Positions 1-14,810 are shown, counted from the first letter of the stretch. The stretch: DNA of 64,000 nt from Phoronis australis (GCA_002633005.1 NMRA01000107.1:539169-603168); one strand, 5' to 3'. The notes: generated from the sequence alone by a model not told the origin. Made by a program: numbers and translations.

Positions 1-308
1 TGCAAAGACAGTTTTGAACCTGTCAGAGAAGACAGACTAAGTCCCAGGAACGTGTGCTTCCACGGCCTCACATTACAACGGGTAACGTTGTAAATGGCGT
101 CAGATGCTATTGCGGTCACTTTGCGGTCAATGGATTCTCTTTGAGAGTTTGATGTTGTAATGCCACCGAGAAGTGCTCGGTAAAACAGTTCAAGTTGCTG
201 CGGTATCTTTGGTGCACATGATTTCAAATTCTGCACTGTTGTTAGAATAGGTTTCTTCGACTTAGGCAGTTCCAAGATTTGAGACCGAAGATGAAAAGCA
301 GCCCATCT
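1..308 (-). pseudogene. Decayed DNA-transposon transposase fragment (Academ-like), running off the left edge
   Basis: Hand translation of the minus strand gives ~100 open codons: RWAAFHLRSQILELPKSKKP...IPQQLELFYRALLGG...IDRKVTAIASDAIYNVTRCNVRPWKHTFLGLSLSSLTGSK. The D-x-I-Y...P-x-KH-x-x-LG...LTGSK pattern resembles large Academ-type transposases (recalled). An upstream stop/frame break and short subterminal-like repeats follow at 390-552. Confidence 0.55.
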
Positions 309-731
309 CTACCTCCAAATTGGTCTTTGATCTTCTTAAGGAGATTATGAGTTGTGTATGCTGAGACATCAGCTTCTGTCCCACCATGGCCATTTGGGAA
401 CATAGGGACATCTGGGCTGAGAAAACAGTATTTGGGAAAGAATATAGCGTCGGGAGAGGATCGGCGCTAGGAAACATAGGCCCGAGAAAATATCAGTTGC
501 GGAATTAAGAGACGAGGTAACTCAGGGACCGGAAAATATCGATGCGGACCCAGCGAAATGACGGTCAAAACGAACAGAGCTTTCATTAAATAGTAAAAAC
601 TGCATGTCACAGGGCACATGTGAAGGTCGATTTACCAAGAAAATAGCTTGGGCTTTCTAATTGTAATCCACCTGTTTGAAATCACGCTACTACTTGGCAG
701 TCAACACTCATGAACAATTATATTAGAAAAC

Positions 732-890
732 TACTCACCGATAATAGTCAAGAATCTCCCGAAACCTCCGTTGTTTTCAGCTTTCAACGCCCATGTCAAA
801 TAGCTCGTCGTGGTTAAGCACGTGTACAACGGAAATGACAGTAGTTGGTGTGCATACATAACGCAGACGGCAGCAAAAGACGCCATTTCG
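732..890 (-). promoter_or_regulatory. Candidate promoter and first non-coding exon of a gene extending left of the window
   Basis: Minus-strand donor CG|GTGAGT near 738; YY1-like AAATGGCG near 880-888; CCAAT-like element near 1077-1085. No coding continuation visible. Confidence 0.25.
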
Positions 891-1249
891 ATTATTCCTC
901 GTTGTAAGAGTTACATCAAATGAGATGTGGATTTAGGTAAAATTCGTCCGAAAACAGGGGGACGTACTTTAGACTGGTAAAACGGGACGGATTTCTATGT
1001 TCTGTTTTTAATTGTGAATTAGAATATATCATGTGGAGTATTTCGTTGTTGTTGCGTAGAGTTGTGAGGTCGCTCCAACCGATTAGGCGCGATTTTTCTG
1101 ATTTTTCATGCCCTGACATAAATTTGCAGACAAAAATCTCTCACCTTATGTAAAAAGTGCTTGGTTCCTCAAGTTGGTGCTTACTCAGCGCAAATAGGCT
1201 TTTATGAATTTTGTTTCTACTCCTGCCATCTCGCTGTCGCACCATGTAC

Positions 1250-2010
1250 AGTGATGCTGTGCAATTGGTTATCAAACGGTTACCTGGTGGGTTGATCTAC
1301 CTCAACTCGGGTATTTGGGCGTGTCTGGCGGGGCTAACCCACCACTAGATTTGTCTGGCAGTGCTTATTCGTGAATATTTTGCAACTGGTTTCAAGCGGT
1401 TACCTCTTGGATTGATCTAGCTCAATTTTAGCCCTTTTTGATAATCGTCTGGCAAGGACACCCCACCGCAGAAATTGTCTGGCATCTAACTTTTGTGCCA
1501 TGTTCAGTGATGCTGAACATCGTGCAATTGGTTTCAAGCGGTTACCTGATGGATTGACCTAGCTCAATTCTGGTATTTGGGCGTGTCTGGCGGGGGTAAC
1601 CCACCACTAGATTTGTCTGGCAGTGTTCATTCGTGATACCTGGGCTTACGGTGAAAATTTTGCGACTGGTTTCAAGCGGTTACCTCTTGGATTGATCTAG
1701 CTCAATTTTTGTACCCTGTATATGTTCGTCTGGCGGGTAGTCCCCACCACTGAAATTGTCTGGCAGTGGCCAATTTTGATACAGTGGATTACGTAGTAGG
1801 TATCCAAGGCAGTTTGAAGTGGTTACCAGAAAAGTTGATCTAGCTCAATTTTCGAGTGTCATTCTCTTGGCTCCCCTGACCACACCCACCAGAGCGAACC
1901 TGCCAGACGACCATTTCCAAGCATCAGGATACCCATAGAGCACTGTGGCACCAAAGAAAATTGGTTACCTTTTCATGCCCAAAAAAGCTCTGGGATCCCG
2001 GTCTATCACT
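1250..2010. repeat. Degenerate tandem array, about five units of 120-150 bp
   Basis: Recurring GCAAYTGGTTTCAAGCGGTTACCT...GGATTGATCTAGCTCAATT...GTCTGGC...CCCACCAC near 1261, 1382, 1524, 1662 and 1818. Confidence 0.8.
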
Positions 2011-2129
2011 ACCACCACAAAGCCAACTCCTCACTGTTTTGTATTATAACATAAACCATGGAGAAAACACTAAACAAGGATGACTATACTGTGATTGGTA
2101 ATGTCCCCCTTGCAAGGTACCTAAACTAC

Positions 2130-2310
2130 ACGTTTAACGGACTCATAAACACGGCCCACGGATGCATGAACACGACTCACGTACCTGCAAACACCGTTCA
2201 CTGACTCACAAACACGGGAACGGACTCACAAAACACGATCCATTCACCCAAAATACACGGGTACGGACTCACATTCACAAAGAAAGACAGGTAACGGAAC
2301 GCCAAACACA
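2130..2310. repeat. Short degenerate minisatellite (ACGGACTCACAAAC-like)
   Basis: Motif repeated about six times with variation. Confidence 0.6.
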
Positions 2311-3201
2311 ATAATTTTCAGAAACTGAACAATCTGCCATCACCTGAAGAATTTACAAACGCTCTATCTGTAACCTAACCAATTGAATATAATTTCAAGT
2401 CCCTAGATTAAACTCGAAAACCAGGTACACAAATTTGACTGATATTGAAATACTATATTTTGCCTAGGCGATGCCATACGCTAAGATTAAATTATAGCTT
2501 AGAGCACCGGTAGATATAAATAGATTAAACATTATGAACCAAGAACATAGTGCACGAAGAGCAAAGAAAGTGAGATATATTGAGATGTTAGTTTCCATTT
2601 AAGTGATTACACAATTTACATTCAACTAAAAGGACAATATGTTTCAGACCCTAAAAACACTTCTGGAATTATTGTTGAGTAGGATGACGTTATTCGCTTT
2701 GACCAGCTATAAAGCAGCAAAATATGTTGTGTTGGCACGATTTTATTCGAAATTGCTGGCTTATTATTAATTAAATATGCTAAAATATTCGGCTACTTGC
2801 CACGTTGGCTTTTAGCAAGATACTAACTAGCCCAGGCCATATGTTGGAATCTGTTTCAAGGCTTATCTCAAATACACTATTGCCATAGATTATGTCACTT
2901 TACGCAATGCTATGATATAACAATGCAAACGAGTAAAACTATCCAAAAAGCGTTTGAATCCAAGTAGTGTTGTTCCATTTTTTGTGGTCACTGCATTACA
3001 AACAGATGAGGCAATCATAACAAGTTTATAGCAAAAGACTTTTCACAAAATTTCAACATAATAGTCAATTTAGAATCTGCTTTGCACAATGACCCACACA
3101 AGTCAACAATTTTTCTTCAATGGATGTAATTAAATAGAGCAACGCAAAGCCTTGAAATGCACCCAAGACTGTACCACAAACGGCATGCTTCCATGTAGTT
3201 A

Positions 3202-4930
3202 CCGTAATCGTTCGGGTTAACGCCCTGGGCGGTTAAATTGGCGAGCCCAAAAAATCGGGGGTGGGCGGTTAACCAGACATGGGCGCTTAAACGTGAAATT
3301 TCAAGAAATCGGGGGGGGGGGGGGTTAACTGAACATGGGCGCTTATTACGACAGGCAACCGCCCTGGGCGGTTAATCTTACCTTATGATCTGAGTCACCA
3401 CACGTACTAAGCCACATACTGGGATCGCCTAACACTTTGAAAAGAACTTTATCGCCACCAAGTGCGTACTCTGCGCACTCTAATTAACAAATAGTTTCGA
3501 AAATGTAGAGTGTGGTCAAACTCCGAACGCTTGCATAGAAAGTTTGCTACATAATATGGCGCCTCAGGTGAGACCGATTATTGCGAATTATGCTCATTAT
3601 TTCACTATACTTCGCAGACGTTGAACATGTTCACCTGCGTAGCAGACGGTAGCTGTGCTGTCGTTTTAACCCAGTTGTGGTCACGTGCTGACCCATTTTT
3701 CCTGTGATCAGTGCACTCCCATAATAAACAACTTAACTGACGGTCACGTAGACAAGGACTACCAGCAGTTCCGAATTTCAGTTCAAAATCATTTCGAGAT
3801 AACAGAATGTACTCCTGGTCTGAATGGTCAAAAAGCATAAAAATGTATAATCAATCACGAAATCGGGTTCAACTATTCAGCTGCCATGCACTGTCGATTC
3901 GCCTGTTTATGTTGCCGGTATGTGGAGTTGACATGTACGGTACTCTGGCCTTTCAATGGCTAAATACAATAACAAACTTTTTGTTAACAAACTCTACATT
4001 CAAAAAATTGCCACCAAGTTACATTGCAAAACACAAACACGAGTTTCTGTCTACACTCGCGTTTTTACTGGTCGACTTAGCAAACAAGAAGTCGGCCGAT
4101 TCCAGTGTCGACCTTGAACAACCGTCGTTGCGGTTTTCGTTTCGACTGCGAGACGCAGCTTTTGTTAGCAAATGAAACCATCTATTCTCGGTAAAAATAA
4201 TTCTTAGACGAAGCCTTAATTGTTCGGGTAAGTAACCCCGGTTTACTATATGCGACGAAATTACCGTGACGAGAGTACTCGAAAGACGGGGATCTCGATA
4301 ACCCGGCAATTACACTCACCAAAATATAAAGAATTTATCAACTTTTCGCGGTTTATGGGAATTCTTCAAAATCCCGAGAGCTTACAACCTAAAGCGCATT
4401 CAGAGGGTTGGCAAAAGCAATGTCACATTTCTCTGACCTGGTTATTTCGAATGCATCTTTTATATAGTGCACTGTAGTCGATAACTCAGTGCGGCAGAGA
4501 TTGTGGCTGAAAGTGGAGGTGTAGACGCCAGCGCGGTTCCTAAAGTTTGCGAACATGAGAAGAAAAGAAAGTGACAAAGTGTTCAAGTATTACATTTTGA
4601 AGTTAATCGATGACCCGTTACAATAATTTGTTACTGGTATCATAATTCACATTGCTAAACCGCGGTCTCTGAGGCCGTCGTTGCACTCAATGTTATCATC
4701 GATCTTAATCTAAAAGGTCGGGGATTCGCGTTTCCTATTAGCACAGGGCGGTAATCACCAATCGTCAAAAGTAGGGGATGGGCGCTTAACCGAGAGGTGG
4801 GCGCTTAATTGGAAATCTTCAAAAATAGGAGGGGGGCGGTTAACCGAGCAGTGGGCGGTTAAATCGAAAATCCACCTAAAGTAGGGGTGGGCGGTTAACT
4901 GAGCATGGGCGTTAACCCGAACGATTACGG
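3202..4930. mobile_element. Non-autonomous Tc1/mariner (pogo/Tigger-like) DNA transposon
   Basis: Perfect TIRs CCGTAATCGTTCGGGTTAACGCCC / GGGCGTTAACCCGAACGATTACGG, TA on both sides (3200-3201, 4931-4932), several subterminal TGGGCGGTTAA/TGGGCGCTTAA repeats, no transposase ORF. Confidence 0.85.
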
Positions 4931-7900
4931 TAATATCAGCAACATAAAAAGGGCCACTAGGTGGCACAGAACACACATCTTTTACTGGTACCCTGGAAAA
5001 AGACTATAAGTCTGTCAACAGGAAGGCACTGAGTGACTTCAATCTGAAGTGGGTAAGGGCAGTCAGATAGGTGATAGGATCATATTGGATCATTTGAAAT
5101 CACAGGAACAAACTTGGTATGTGAAAGCAATACAGGAATATCATAACAGAGTACAGCAGTAACTGGCAAAATTAATGAAAACACTGCTGCCAAATTTTGT
5201 GACACTCTTTCAAGAGGTTTGGCAGCTAAAATTTTTGAAGCCAAAAAAGGGACCCAAAATGCAAAAATTGACACGAAGGGTATAGAACATTATGGCCATT
5301 CAAAATTCAGTTCGACAGTGCCACAAGCACTACATGAGTTTTCTAAATTTCCTTTGCGTTAGCTTCATGCTCTGTCTTTTTCATGACAAAAATTATAATA
5401 ACTGACGCAAAACTGCTATCTTCAGGGCTCGATGCTTACAATAACATCAACTCCACAAAAGCGACCTGTCACAATTGCCAGGTTGTCAAACAAAAAATGA
5501 GCTCGCCGAAATAAGAAAATCTTCATTTCAGTCGAATAGAAAATATTGTGTGCACATATGGTGACCAATCAGAACATATTGTTTGTGTATGCGTCATGGT
5601 CAGGCTCTGCCAGTTTTTCCAGAACACCTCAGACTCACGTCTGTTTCCTTCATGTGGTAATTTGAGCATGTGCCGGTATTTGTGCCGAGACAAAAAAAAT
5701 TCAGAAAAAATTGAGCAAAATTTGAATCAAGTGCAAATAACAGATAAATTCTTATTTGTATGACGCCAAACAAAATCCAAGGTCGTACCGGCAAGTGGCA
5801 GGTTGTCAAATTGAACCCTGATTTAAAACAATCCCAAGTTAAAAGTGCAATGTAGAACTGACCACAAATCAGAATATCAGTATAGTTCAGTAGCAGCCTT
5901 TTGTTAACACAAACTTCGTTGAAAACACCACTAAAATTTTTGTTTGAAAGCTTGATACAGTCTCAAAATATAGCTACTGTTTTAATTAATTTATTTATGT
6001 CTGTCGGTGTTTTGCTACATAGCTGCACACCTGAAGAAAGGAGATTGTTTCGACACTAACAGCGACTGTATCAAACTTTCACACAAAAAGTTTAGTCGAT
6101 TTTTTAAAGAAATCAGAATATGTGAAGGTTCGATTTGAAAGCAAACACTCTTCCATAAAATTTCAAAGTTAGCCAAATATTGCCATTTTTCTAAGAGTGA
6201 TTTAACCAGCCATAAAACGTGAACTTTGGGTGAACAAGTAGATAATTGAATGAGTGCCACCATTCATGAAAATCCGCCTAGTAGTTCTGAAGATACAAAG
6301 GTAAACGTAAAATACCAAAATTGCCAAGGGGCACAGCAGTGGTTGGGTCCTTCCAAAAGTCATTATCTGCTGAATCAACTCCGTAGCAATACATTTGTCA
6401 ACTTTCATGAAAATTTTCCAGAAAGGGTTTTACAGATACAAGGGACAAGAGGCATATGACAGACCAGATGACTTTAACATATGAATGCGACCACTATAGG
6501 TATCTGGACGTATTAAAAAAGAAGAAAAAAAAAACACAAACCTTGAAACACAAACAAAGAAAGGCCATTGATGTTGTGTAGTAGTATGTCTACATCATGG
6601 ACGCCTGCTCAATAGTACTGACAATTATAGGGCTAGACCCAAATTGCACCTGTTCGACTTTAGAGCCGCAGAGGAGAGTGCTAATTACCCAGTGGTTAAT
6701 TAGGGAGTTTGATGAGCTATTAATAAATAATATTTCACGAGGCTGAACAATGCCGCACACTCACTTTGCTGGTAATTTGAAATTGGAAAGCAGCTGGTCA
6801 AACTTCTAACAGAACAATTTGCATAGGAATGGCACTGTGATCTTCAACAGTGCACGCTTCAGCAACAGGTACTAGCAGTCTCTGGCGAGTCACTTTATCA
6901 AATCATGAGAAGTCCATTTCTGAAGGTCATATTCTACTTCAACTGCAGGCACCAGCGAAATCGCGGGTTGTCAAACTTGTCACGACAACATACAGATTTG
7001 TTACCGCGATAAGCGCCTAGAAATTAAAGCCTCCCGCACCCACGTGAAACTGATCAAGTATTTAGAGACCAACGTTTTTGTGACCAGGCTGCTAAATGAA
7101 CAGTAGTTGTCATGGCCAACTTCATAAGGTCAGATTAAATCCCAGCCACTCTGTTTATCAGATAGGACCTGCCCTAGTCAGTCCATCATGCACTCACTCG
7201 TTTGCACAGAAATAAAATAAGCCACTTTATGGTTTGAGAATTAACATTATCCAGAAACAATTAGCCTTTTAAAAAAATATCGTAAAAAGCAGCTATAAAC
7301 CCGGGTTCCGTTATTACTCAGACATGAAGAGATTTTGTTCTTGCATACTGATAGTATGTCATTGGTTGAGACCCATGCTGGCCAATGACAAGCCAACTTG
7401 TATAGCCTTATATCTCAAGCAATAACAAACCCTTAAGTTCTTTCCAAGCCCCAAAATCTCACCTTTCACTAAGTAACAATTTGGAACCACTTCCATAATG
7501 ATGAATGATTTACAGTTCTAGTCTCTGAAATTTCACGTACATTCAAAGTTCATGTTTTGAAATTTTGATAACGTCATTTTATTGGCCTTCCGCGCTTCTC
7601 TGGCAGTCCACATTAACCTTGATTTCATCACTGACTCAGTCACCGACACTGACTACGCCATCGCAAAAAGCATTCTACCGACGCTGCTTTCCAAAAACAA
7701 CTCGATTGTATGGCAGAATCTTTAGTAAGTTGCAATCAGCATCTGAGTATGAAGGTTAAAGTGTTTCTTCCGTTATTAATGTTATATGTTAAAGCATCAT
7801 TAAACCAGCACCTTCTGTCAATAACCGGTGTAAAAATGGTTTCATCTCATTGCATACTCAGTTTAGAAATAATCTCTGGACTTGGTAAGAACCAACAGAT

Positions 7901-10900
7901 GTTTGTTATGACTTCGGACCTGGCTCATGAAGTTTCAGCTCGAGGCGGCAACATTTCAGCATTTAAAATTGAAGATACTGACATCATGACGTTAGATTTG
8001 TTTACTTCTAACATATGAGAAAAACTTCATAATGTCGTTTCAAAAGCATACATGCCTAGGAAGAAAGTTTTCGACACAACAAAGACATGGTTAATAGCCT
8101 CTTTACATGATATATGGTCATTACACACCTATAATAAACATATAGTGATATAAGAGATTTCATTCAGGCCAACTCGGGGAAAGTGACCCAAGAATGGGAA
8201 ATTATTCCCAGAATTGGGCTCTCAACCGAGCATTTTGTGGAGGCCCAGCCAATGAAGCACATACCCCAGTCAGCATCACTTCCCCAAGTTCTAGGGATGC
8301 CACTTGGAAAGGTCCACAAATGTTCCCGTTGGCATGGGGCTGCTGAGTTAGAAGAAATTGCAAATTGTAAGCTTAGAAGTATATGACCTGCCACAGCAGT
8401 GTGTCCGAGTGAGTGATGTTGATTTGTGATCTTTTAGAAGACATTCTAACCATGACAGGACCTTGGGTAAAATTTTCTTACCTGGAGTAACATTTCTTTT
8501 GCACGTGATCATTAATCTCTTGCTGAAGGAGGCCCATGTTCACCTCTACTCCAGTTGAGTTCTCAAAACCCCAGACAACGGCAAGTCACAAATTCTACAG
8601 GGAACACACGTGTAAAATTTACCCATACTATTTTGTGTGTACAGTTTATTTTGTGTGTAATGTCCACTCCTACTAGGTCAAATAAGGTAAAATTTAGAAC
8701 TATACCCATTCAAGTTTGATATGACCCACTTGTTGGTCCAGCTTGAATAGTCTTTTATTTCACCATAACAAATTGGCTTGACATGATGCCTTTGTAGGGA
8801 TTTAATGTAACAAAATACTTTTTCACCAAATATTAAAATTGAATCCATGCCTTTTCCTCAACACTGACCTAATTACTATGCTATGAGATAATGAAATACA
8901 AAACCCTTTTCATAGGTAAAGCACCATCCCCACCCCGACCCTCCCCATCCTCCCCTGCGAATGTAGGCCTAAAACTCTTGCAGTAGCCCCTTGATGGAAA
9001 CATCACCCTGCGTCCCACATTGTGATCCACAAGTATCCCCAACAATGACTTAGTAAAGTATAAGTTTATTGCCAACTTAATTCACAGTAGCCAATCAGAT
9101 CAGATTCAGATCACTCTCTTCGTCCTATGTTGTCACCACTTCTCCACCCCCTCCCCCCTTCCCACATCTCCTTGATACCAATCTCCACCTTATTCGGCCC
9201 CAAATCGCCACCCATTCCACCCGCACCCAATTTCCACAACCCACCAACTTGTTCGCTGTTCTTGAAAACCTAAGAAAGTGCAACAGTGTCTTTATATCAC
9301 TGTTTAACGATTTCATATTCAATGTACACAAGTGCCACCAATATGCGATCATCAGGGACCGAATTGGTTATATTGACCTTATAGGGAAATGGTATGCGTA
9401 TTGCACTGTAGATATCATAACCCAACTTCTCACAATTTTTGTTACGAAATCAAACACTTTAATTAGATTACGGTACTATTATGAGACTAAGTCTCAACTA
9501 GTTCCTTCCTCACAATGAAGTGACTAAGCTGTTCGTTATTGCCCAAGACATGACTGAATAAGTTGCATGGTCTTGCGAAATAACATACTGTCAGTTTGGA
9601 AGATACCTCTAAGTAATTACGATAACTCTTCACTTCTTTGACACAAAAATAACCAAAGTTCTTGTTTTTTCTATTTTTCAAAGGCTGGTTACTTTGATGG
9701 AAATAGTGGAAACTACACCAAATGCCGACTTATGACATCAGCACACTTCAACCAAAGATATTAGCAGCCAAATAAAAAATTTGAGAATACCGTAAACACT
9801 CTGGTTATTGCCCATGCTAATCTAACTTCAACCTTGCTTTTGAACAAGCTCCCACTGTTTGCCAAAGGGCCCATCCCCTACTTTTCAGAATTTTCAGTTT
9901 GAAGGCCGGCCCACTGCTAGGACTTAACATATTGCAGGTTAACATCATCAATGACTGCTGCATGCTCCAACATACTAATGAGCGATCTTATCACTATTGG
10001 GCTGCAGGTAGATGTATGCTGCAGCACACAAATGAGTGACCTAAAATTGCCCGAGATATTTACTTTTTCATCTTGACGCACTTGCACTTTTGAAGGTAAT
10101 ATATCTGTAATATCTGTGACAAATATGTAGACTTTATTGTCTTTGAATTTTTAAAATCTAGTCATTAGAACCATATATAGAGAGTGACGTGGTAGTAAGG
10201 CCCAGACGTGTGTGAAGGTGGGCAACAGACTGTATATTTAATTCTTAGGAAGTTTGTTCCCTACAGCAGTTCCACATGACAATTAAAGTCGTATATTTTT
10301 GAAAACGAATAAAAATTTAGTATAGATTCATCTGGAAGAGAATACAGTACTCTACTCATCCATTCTTCTTGAAATAAAATGTGCATTTTTTAATGAATTT
10401 CAAATTCTTGCATCAGTTTAGGAGCAATATTGAATAGTTGAAACAAGTTAAGGTTTAAGCACTTGAAAATCACTGTTACATTTAGCTCGGCAGTGAATCT
10501 GGCTTCAGTAGACTCCTCCTTACCTAGACAATTTATTCTATCTCAATGGGTTACAATTTGATAGTTTATTGCTCACATGGATATTAGGGCCCTATGGGTA
10601 GCCTAGTCTTACCTGCCTTAAGTACCATAACAGTGCCCTCACTCACCTGAGGGGAAAGTTGCCCGTACCTTCTAAGAGGGGAATTTTCACGGTGTTCTTT
10701 ACCAAGACGGGATTTTTTGTGTCATTCAATTTTTTTTGCTTAGAAGGGAATTTTTTTGATATTTATTTACTGGACTGTTTTTATGACTATACTCTTTTAT
10801 GCTTTCACACATCACCAAGTACCAACTGTTCTTCTGACAGTGTTGTTGACCTCAGTGAATAATCCTGATCACTAGCAGTTCAAGTGTGGTCTGCTTGAGA

Positions 10901-11132
10901 CTGTTTCCGATAGAGTACACACCAAGTTCATCAGTGAAAAGACACTTTTCTGTAAGTTTCTAGTTTTGTGTTTTCAAGTGCGTGAGAGTGAAATATCACA
11001 AAACTGGTTCTAGCATACCAGTACGTGGCAGGATACAGCCACAATCTGACTGTGACCATGAAAGTGGCAAAAGGTTTCCACTCGACCAAGGGCTTTACCG
11101 CCATAAGATGGCGCTGCTCGTACCAATTAACC

Positions 11133-12666
11133 CAGTTTTCTCCATGACCTGTTTTGACTCGACGCAGTAACGAGTTTGGATTTTGCCGCGTCGAGTTTGA
11201 GGAAAGCGCGTCGAGTTTGGGGAAAGCGTGTCAAGTTTAAAAATTTCTGCGCCAGGTTTAAAACTTTGGCTGGCTTGGTACTTCAGCCCTCAGCATCTAA
11301 TTAGAGCCTGATTTTACCAACAGTGAACATACTTCACTTCACTAAGAGGCAGTAGACAGTACCGTATTCGCCGTGAAGGCGCCTGAGGCGTTTAGTAAAA
11401 TTCGTTTCAGGGGTGTGGCGCTTATTGAATATTGTTACTCAAGAAGCTTGAAAAGCGGTCTCTAAAATGGGTGAAATCGGAAGCTAGGATTCATCAAATT
11501 AACGCTATGTGATGTATCTGTAGCCTCTGACAGACTTTCTACAAAACGGTGGCGCATTGCTTTCAAATTTCTTTGTTAAATTACGATCACTTTACAGAAA
11601 ATTGTCCTGAAATCCCAGGGCAAAACTAACCGATGCGCCGCTGCCTCGCGATCGTAGACAGGGCAGCTTGACTAAAGATATGGTTTCGACTCAACAAATT
11701 GCCTGAAATCCTCACTTAAGTTTTCCAAATAGTGTCCCCAAGATTTTAAGTTCCTGTGTAGTCCGTATTAAGAACAATTTAGGTTCAAATCTGTGCAAGA
11801 TCATATCCAGCAACATGAGAAAAATCTGGAAGCACATGTCATAGTCACGTGACCTTTGTTTTGAAGATCGTCTGCGTGTGTGAGTGAGCAAGCGAGCGCG
11901 TGCATGTCATCAGCGTTCATTTGCCGGAGTAAACGCAATGTAGGCCTAACGATTTAGGTGTGCATTATAATTAAATAACACAAGCAGTATTATGAGAACG
12001 CGTATTATTTAGCACTTGCTGATCACATCTACTGTTAAAGTGTGCAAGAAATGTCTCGGTTGGGCCTACAAAGCACGAATGATATTGAGTCGCCAGGTGA
12101 CTGGATGTATGACACTCAGAGTTATTTTCCGTAGATTCGAGGGCGGAGTTTTCCACTATCAGTGGAACATTTTATCAGGTATTTTACTTTAAAAACACCA
12201 ATTATGAATACATTAAACAAGTGATTAATAAAGCAGTCCATCTTAAAAATAACGCTACAGTTTTTTCGGTATTAGAAACTTTCTAAAATTAGTGTCAATG
12301 TTTATTTCTTGCCGATATGCTACCGGTAGTTTCATGGATAAGTTCCCGAAGAGTAATGTCTGCGATGACAAGTGACAGGTATGTAGCGCGCGCTTCCTGG
12401 CTGCGTGCTTTTAACAACAACTTTTTTATTTGTGAGACAGTCGTCAGCTGAATAGGCACTTCGAACAATTCGCGGTTTTCACGTGCAGGCCCTATAAAGT
12501 GTCAAAAAGTAGGTTTGAACCTGACTAGTTTGGTGTATATTTTTTGAAACTTATTTAAATACCCCCAGTGGAGATGTTACAGACTAGAGAAAAGACGGTG
12601 TTGACTACTAATATTGAACTCTAGAAATTTGCGTCGAGTTTGGAATTGGTATTGTGGAGAACACTG
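11133..12666. mobile_element. ~1.5-kb non-autonomous DNA transposon, copy 1 (hAT-like CAG ends, 6-bp TSD)
   Basis: TIRs CAGTTTTCTCCA / TGGAGAACACTG; TTAACC directly on both sides (11127-11132, 12667-12672); a homologous inverted copy lies at 40902-42388. Confidence 0.85.
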
Positions 12667-14810
12667 TTAACCTATCGCAAGCTCCGCTCCCTTGCAAAAA
12701 GTCAACAAACAAATATTAAGTTGTGCTTGGTAACTTGTTTGGGTAACATGGTGGTTTGGAAAGGAAGGTGTGTCATGAATCCTGCATTCTGATTGGTCAG
12801 TTAAGCCGTCATTGGCGATAGATCAATTGTACACGTGACTCATTGTTGTAAAGATAAACAACTAACACAGGGCTTTGTGAATGTGAGACTTTCAGATAGT
12901 ATCAACAAAGCTTTTTTGTGATAATGCTGATAATGATTCCCTTGGTACAGCCAGTTTTGTAGGGCTTGGCCGTGACATGACTGTATTTCAAAACAAATTT
13001 ACACTTCGCTCGGACGGAAGTGCAAAAAATTTTTCTTTTTGCCACAGAACTTAATCAAAAATGTTGTCACGATTAGAGGCAGAAATTTTGACTAGTTATT
13101 TGAAGCATGCATTGCTACAATCCATAGTTTCACTTGGCTACATGCTACACCACCTACAAAAAATTGCCAGGACGAAATGCCGCTGAACAGAAATTCGCAC
13201 GAACACTGCATTGAAAAATCAACACCAATTTAACTACGATTATTTCTGATATTAAAAGACGTTACATTGGCTGCAATTTAAGAGGATGAAGAAATATTAG
13301 TTTGAAGATTTTGACATTTTGTAAGTCATGACATTTGTATTCTAACAAAAACTGGTGAAGTTAGATGATTCCCAGGATTACAGCATTCAGCCAATATAAC
13401 ATTAGTCCAGTGAGCGGTAGGCATCATGTGACATGTTATGGCGTCTGGTTCTTGACTGACTAGGAACCTTTTGCGTGAAAGCGTATACGCCACCGTGACG
13501 GCACACCCTTATGTAGCCTGTACTCTGTAAGATTGTCTGCAAATTATGCCTAAACCTACCTAAACTAACAGAGTTAAATTACTACAAGTACCTTGCAAGT
13601 GTAGACAGGCACATTTGAAGGCAGTCAGTTGGTGTCTTTAAATCCGTCTAAGTCCCAACTCTTCACAAACACTACTGCAATCAATATTTTTTCCGAATAG
13701 TCCTTCATTCTAATACCAAAATCGGGAACCGAGGCATTTCTCTTGACGTGGAGAACTTTTCCCAATTGGGAGAATGAACTTAAGAAAGCGTTTGGGGTAA
13801 AAAGTATTCAAGCAGGGAAATACAAGTTTGACACCGTTGAATTGAGTGCGAAAAATTACTAGGATTGACTGCGGCAATTAAAAATTTACGAGACTGATCT
13901 CCTCTATTCAGCTCTTGCTGAAGGCCATAACCTGACAGTACGTAAATAAGTAACTATTGTAGATAATAAAAATATTCTACTATCAAACAAAGTAACACCC
14001 AACCTCTGAGAACTTAGTAAAATGTTCTTTTAACAAAAATTCACCATTGACCAAATCAATCTTTCTTGGAAAAACAAAAATTGATTTTTTAGTTTTTTAG
14101 TTTTTGAAAGGACTCTTTCCTGGTCGGAAGATTTATCCAGCTTCAAGCCTGATATCGTGAAATTCTCCTGATTTGAGAACCTGCTTCTGCTGCTCATACA
14201 CTAGCCACTACCCTGATGAACTGTCAGAGGCAGAGTTCGCTAGTGTTTGAAACTTCAGTCAGCTGCCATGATCGCACTTCTCATGCCTGGACAAAATCGC
14301 ATCATTGACAAAATGAAGTGACGTAATGGAAATAAATCTTGATTACCAAAGCATTTGTTCAAGTTGGAAGGAATCAACCTTTAACAACATCAACATGATC
14401 AACGACAACAGCCTGTTGTTAAGCCAGGTGTCTCCCCATTCAGTTCTAACCTGACTTTGAAACTGAAAGTTTAGTCAGAGTGGGGCATAATTTGCCGAAA
14501 AGCATCCAGCGTATGCCGTCCCTATGAGATGACCACCGTCTGCGCTGGCTCGGTTAAGACGGCGGTACTCTAGAGAGTAGAGTGTGACTGTGAGGACAGG
14601 TAGGTCCGACCAAACTTTGGTAGTTTGGATGAACACAACAGGTCGATGAAGACGGATGAAGTCGCCAACAGTGAACAGTACACACTATTTTCCTTCAACA
14701 GTTTAGTGACATTCTAGAACACTAGGTGCGGCTGTCGAAATTCTATGAAACCAAATATTCAAAAACTCATTTTGTGAACTATCAGAATCAGAATAAATAA
14801 AAATTAGCCA

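Noticed and set aside
7565-8018. Protein-coding exon from overlapping plus-strand ORFs
   Set aside because: No recognisable motif or consistent splice sites.
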